NCBI GenBank assembly: GCA_043228905.1
Contig: JBHGNT010001486.1
Coordinates: forward strand, 1-7,509
Source: Azolla caroliniana
Lineage: Eukaryota > Plantae > Polypodiophyta
DNA length: 7,509 bases
Direction: 5' to 3'
Shown piece after piece: positions 7,027 through 7,509 of this stretch. The stretch's first letter is position 1; the number at the start of each line of letters is the position of its first letter. The notes below the pieces were generated by a model. That model was given only the letters and a program-made list of their open reading frames with translations. It made no database searches and had not been told where the DNA came from. Position numbers and translations under genes: made by a program.

Positions 7027-7509
7027 TGTCGTGTGAATCTTCACACACTATGTAAAAAATAATGAAATAATTAATTTAGATTAGATTAGTAGCTTGTTAT
7101 AGAAATATGGATGTACTCAAGAGTTTTAAAATGTATTTTACTACATACAAAATAGACAACTACATATCAAGTTAGGTGGACATGAACCTTGAAAAGATAG
7201 GGAAAATAGAATTTTGAAGTATCCCACATAGATAGGAAACTTAAGGCCCTGGCTATATAAGCACATTGAGATCCCTCATTTTTCATTTGTGCTAAGAGCA
7301 CTTTGGCCACTTTTTCTAGATGGATGAATGTGGCCAAGTTCCCAAAAACCGACTGGCAATAAAATGGAACCGACCGGTAATGGAACTGGAATCGGCCGGT
7401 AAGCAAACCGGAACCAGCGGGAAAGCAATCCGGAACCGATTGGTAAGCAAACTGGAACCGGCCGGTACTCAAATTGGAGTCGGCGAAATCGGCAATCGAA
7501 TGGTGTCGG
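7027..7509 (+). mobile_element. LTR F (TGTCG-type, runs off the window end), inserted in the gag of E
   Basis: Starts TGTCGTGTGAATCTTCACACACTATGTAAAA, resembling the starts of D and E. Composition switches abruptly to AT-rich. TATATAA at 7254-7260. The right end is not in the window. Confidence 0.75.
7345..7488 (+). repeat. ~22-bp degenerate tandem repeat, about 6 copies (consensus AAGCAAACYGGAACCGGCCGGT)
   Basis: Units at 7358-7378, 7379-7400, 7401-7422, 7423-7444, 7445-7466 and 7467-7488, plus a partial copy from 7345. Confidence 0.85.

Noticed and set aside
6374-7472. ORFs 6374-6586 and 7167-7472
   Set aside because: They are antisense to LTR sequence. The repeated TGRFQF peptide simply reflects the 22-bp DNA repeat.
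7345-7488. CRISPR array
   Set aside because: Units are head-to-tail with no unique spacers, there are no cas genes, and the context is a eukaryotic LTR.

Overview
The whole window is a nest of decayed plant LTR retrotransposons, with no host gene, rRNA, intact tRNA or CRISPR. A moss origin (Physcomitrium-like) is my impression only. Element A is a minus-strand Ty1/copia pol fragment (integrase C-terminus to start of RT, 1093-1910). On its right A is cut by copia B (minus; 3' LTR 1911-2281, PPT, RT/RNase H 2509-3104). B is cut by copia C (plus; 5' LTR 3105-3525, Met-type PBS, gag-protease-integrase to 6096). C carries a solo LTR D (4760-5480, 4-bp TSD ACGC) and a related element E (5' LTR 6097-6822, tRNA-Trp-type PBS, gag start). 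E is cut by another TGTCG-type LTR, F (7027 to window end). On its left A is cut by an LTR related to C (730-1092), preceded by two more LTR-like segments (421-729, 1-418). All coding remnants carry stops and/or frameshifts. The most unusual signal is an antisense tRNA-like Pol III cassette (A box, B box at tRNA spacing, oligo-T) kept in both diverged LTRs D and E. Also notable are terminal hairpins conserved in structure but not sequence, and TATA-associated palindromes in the LTRs.
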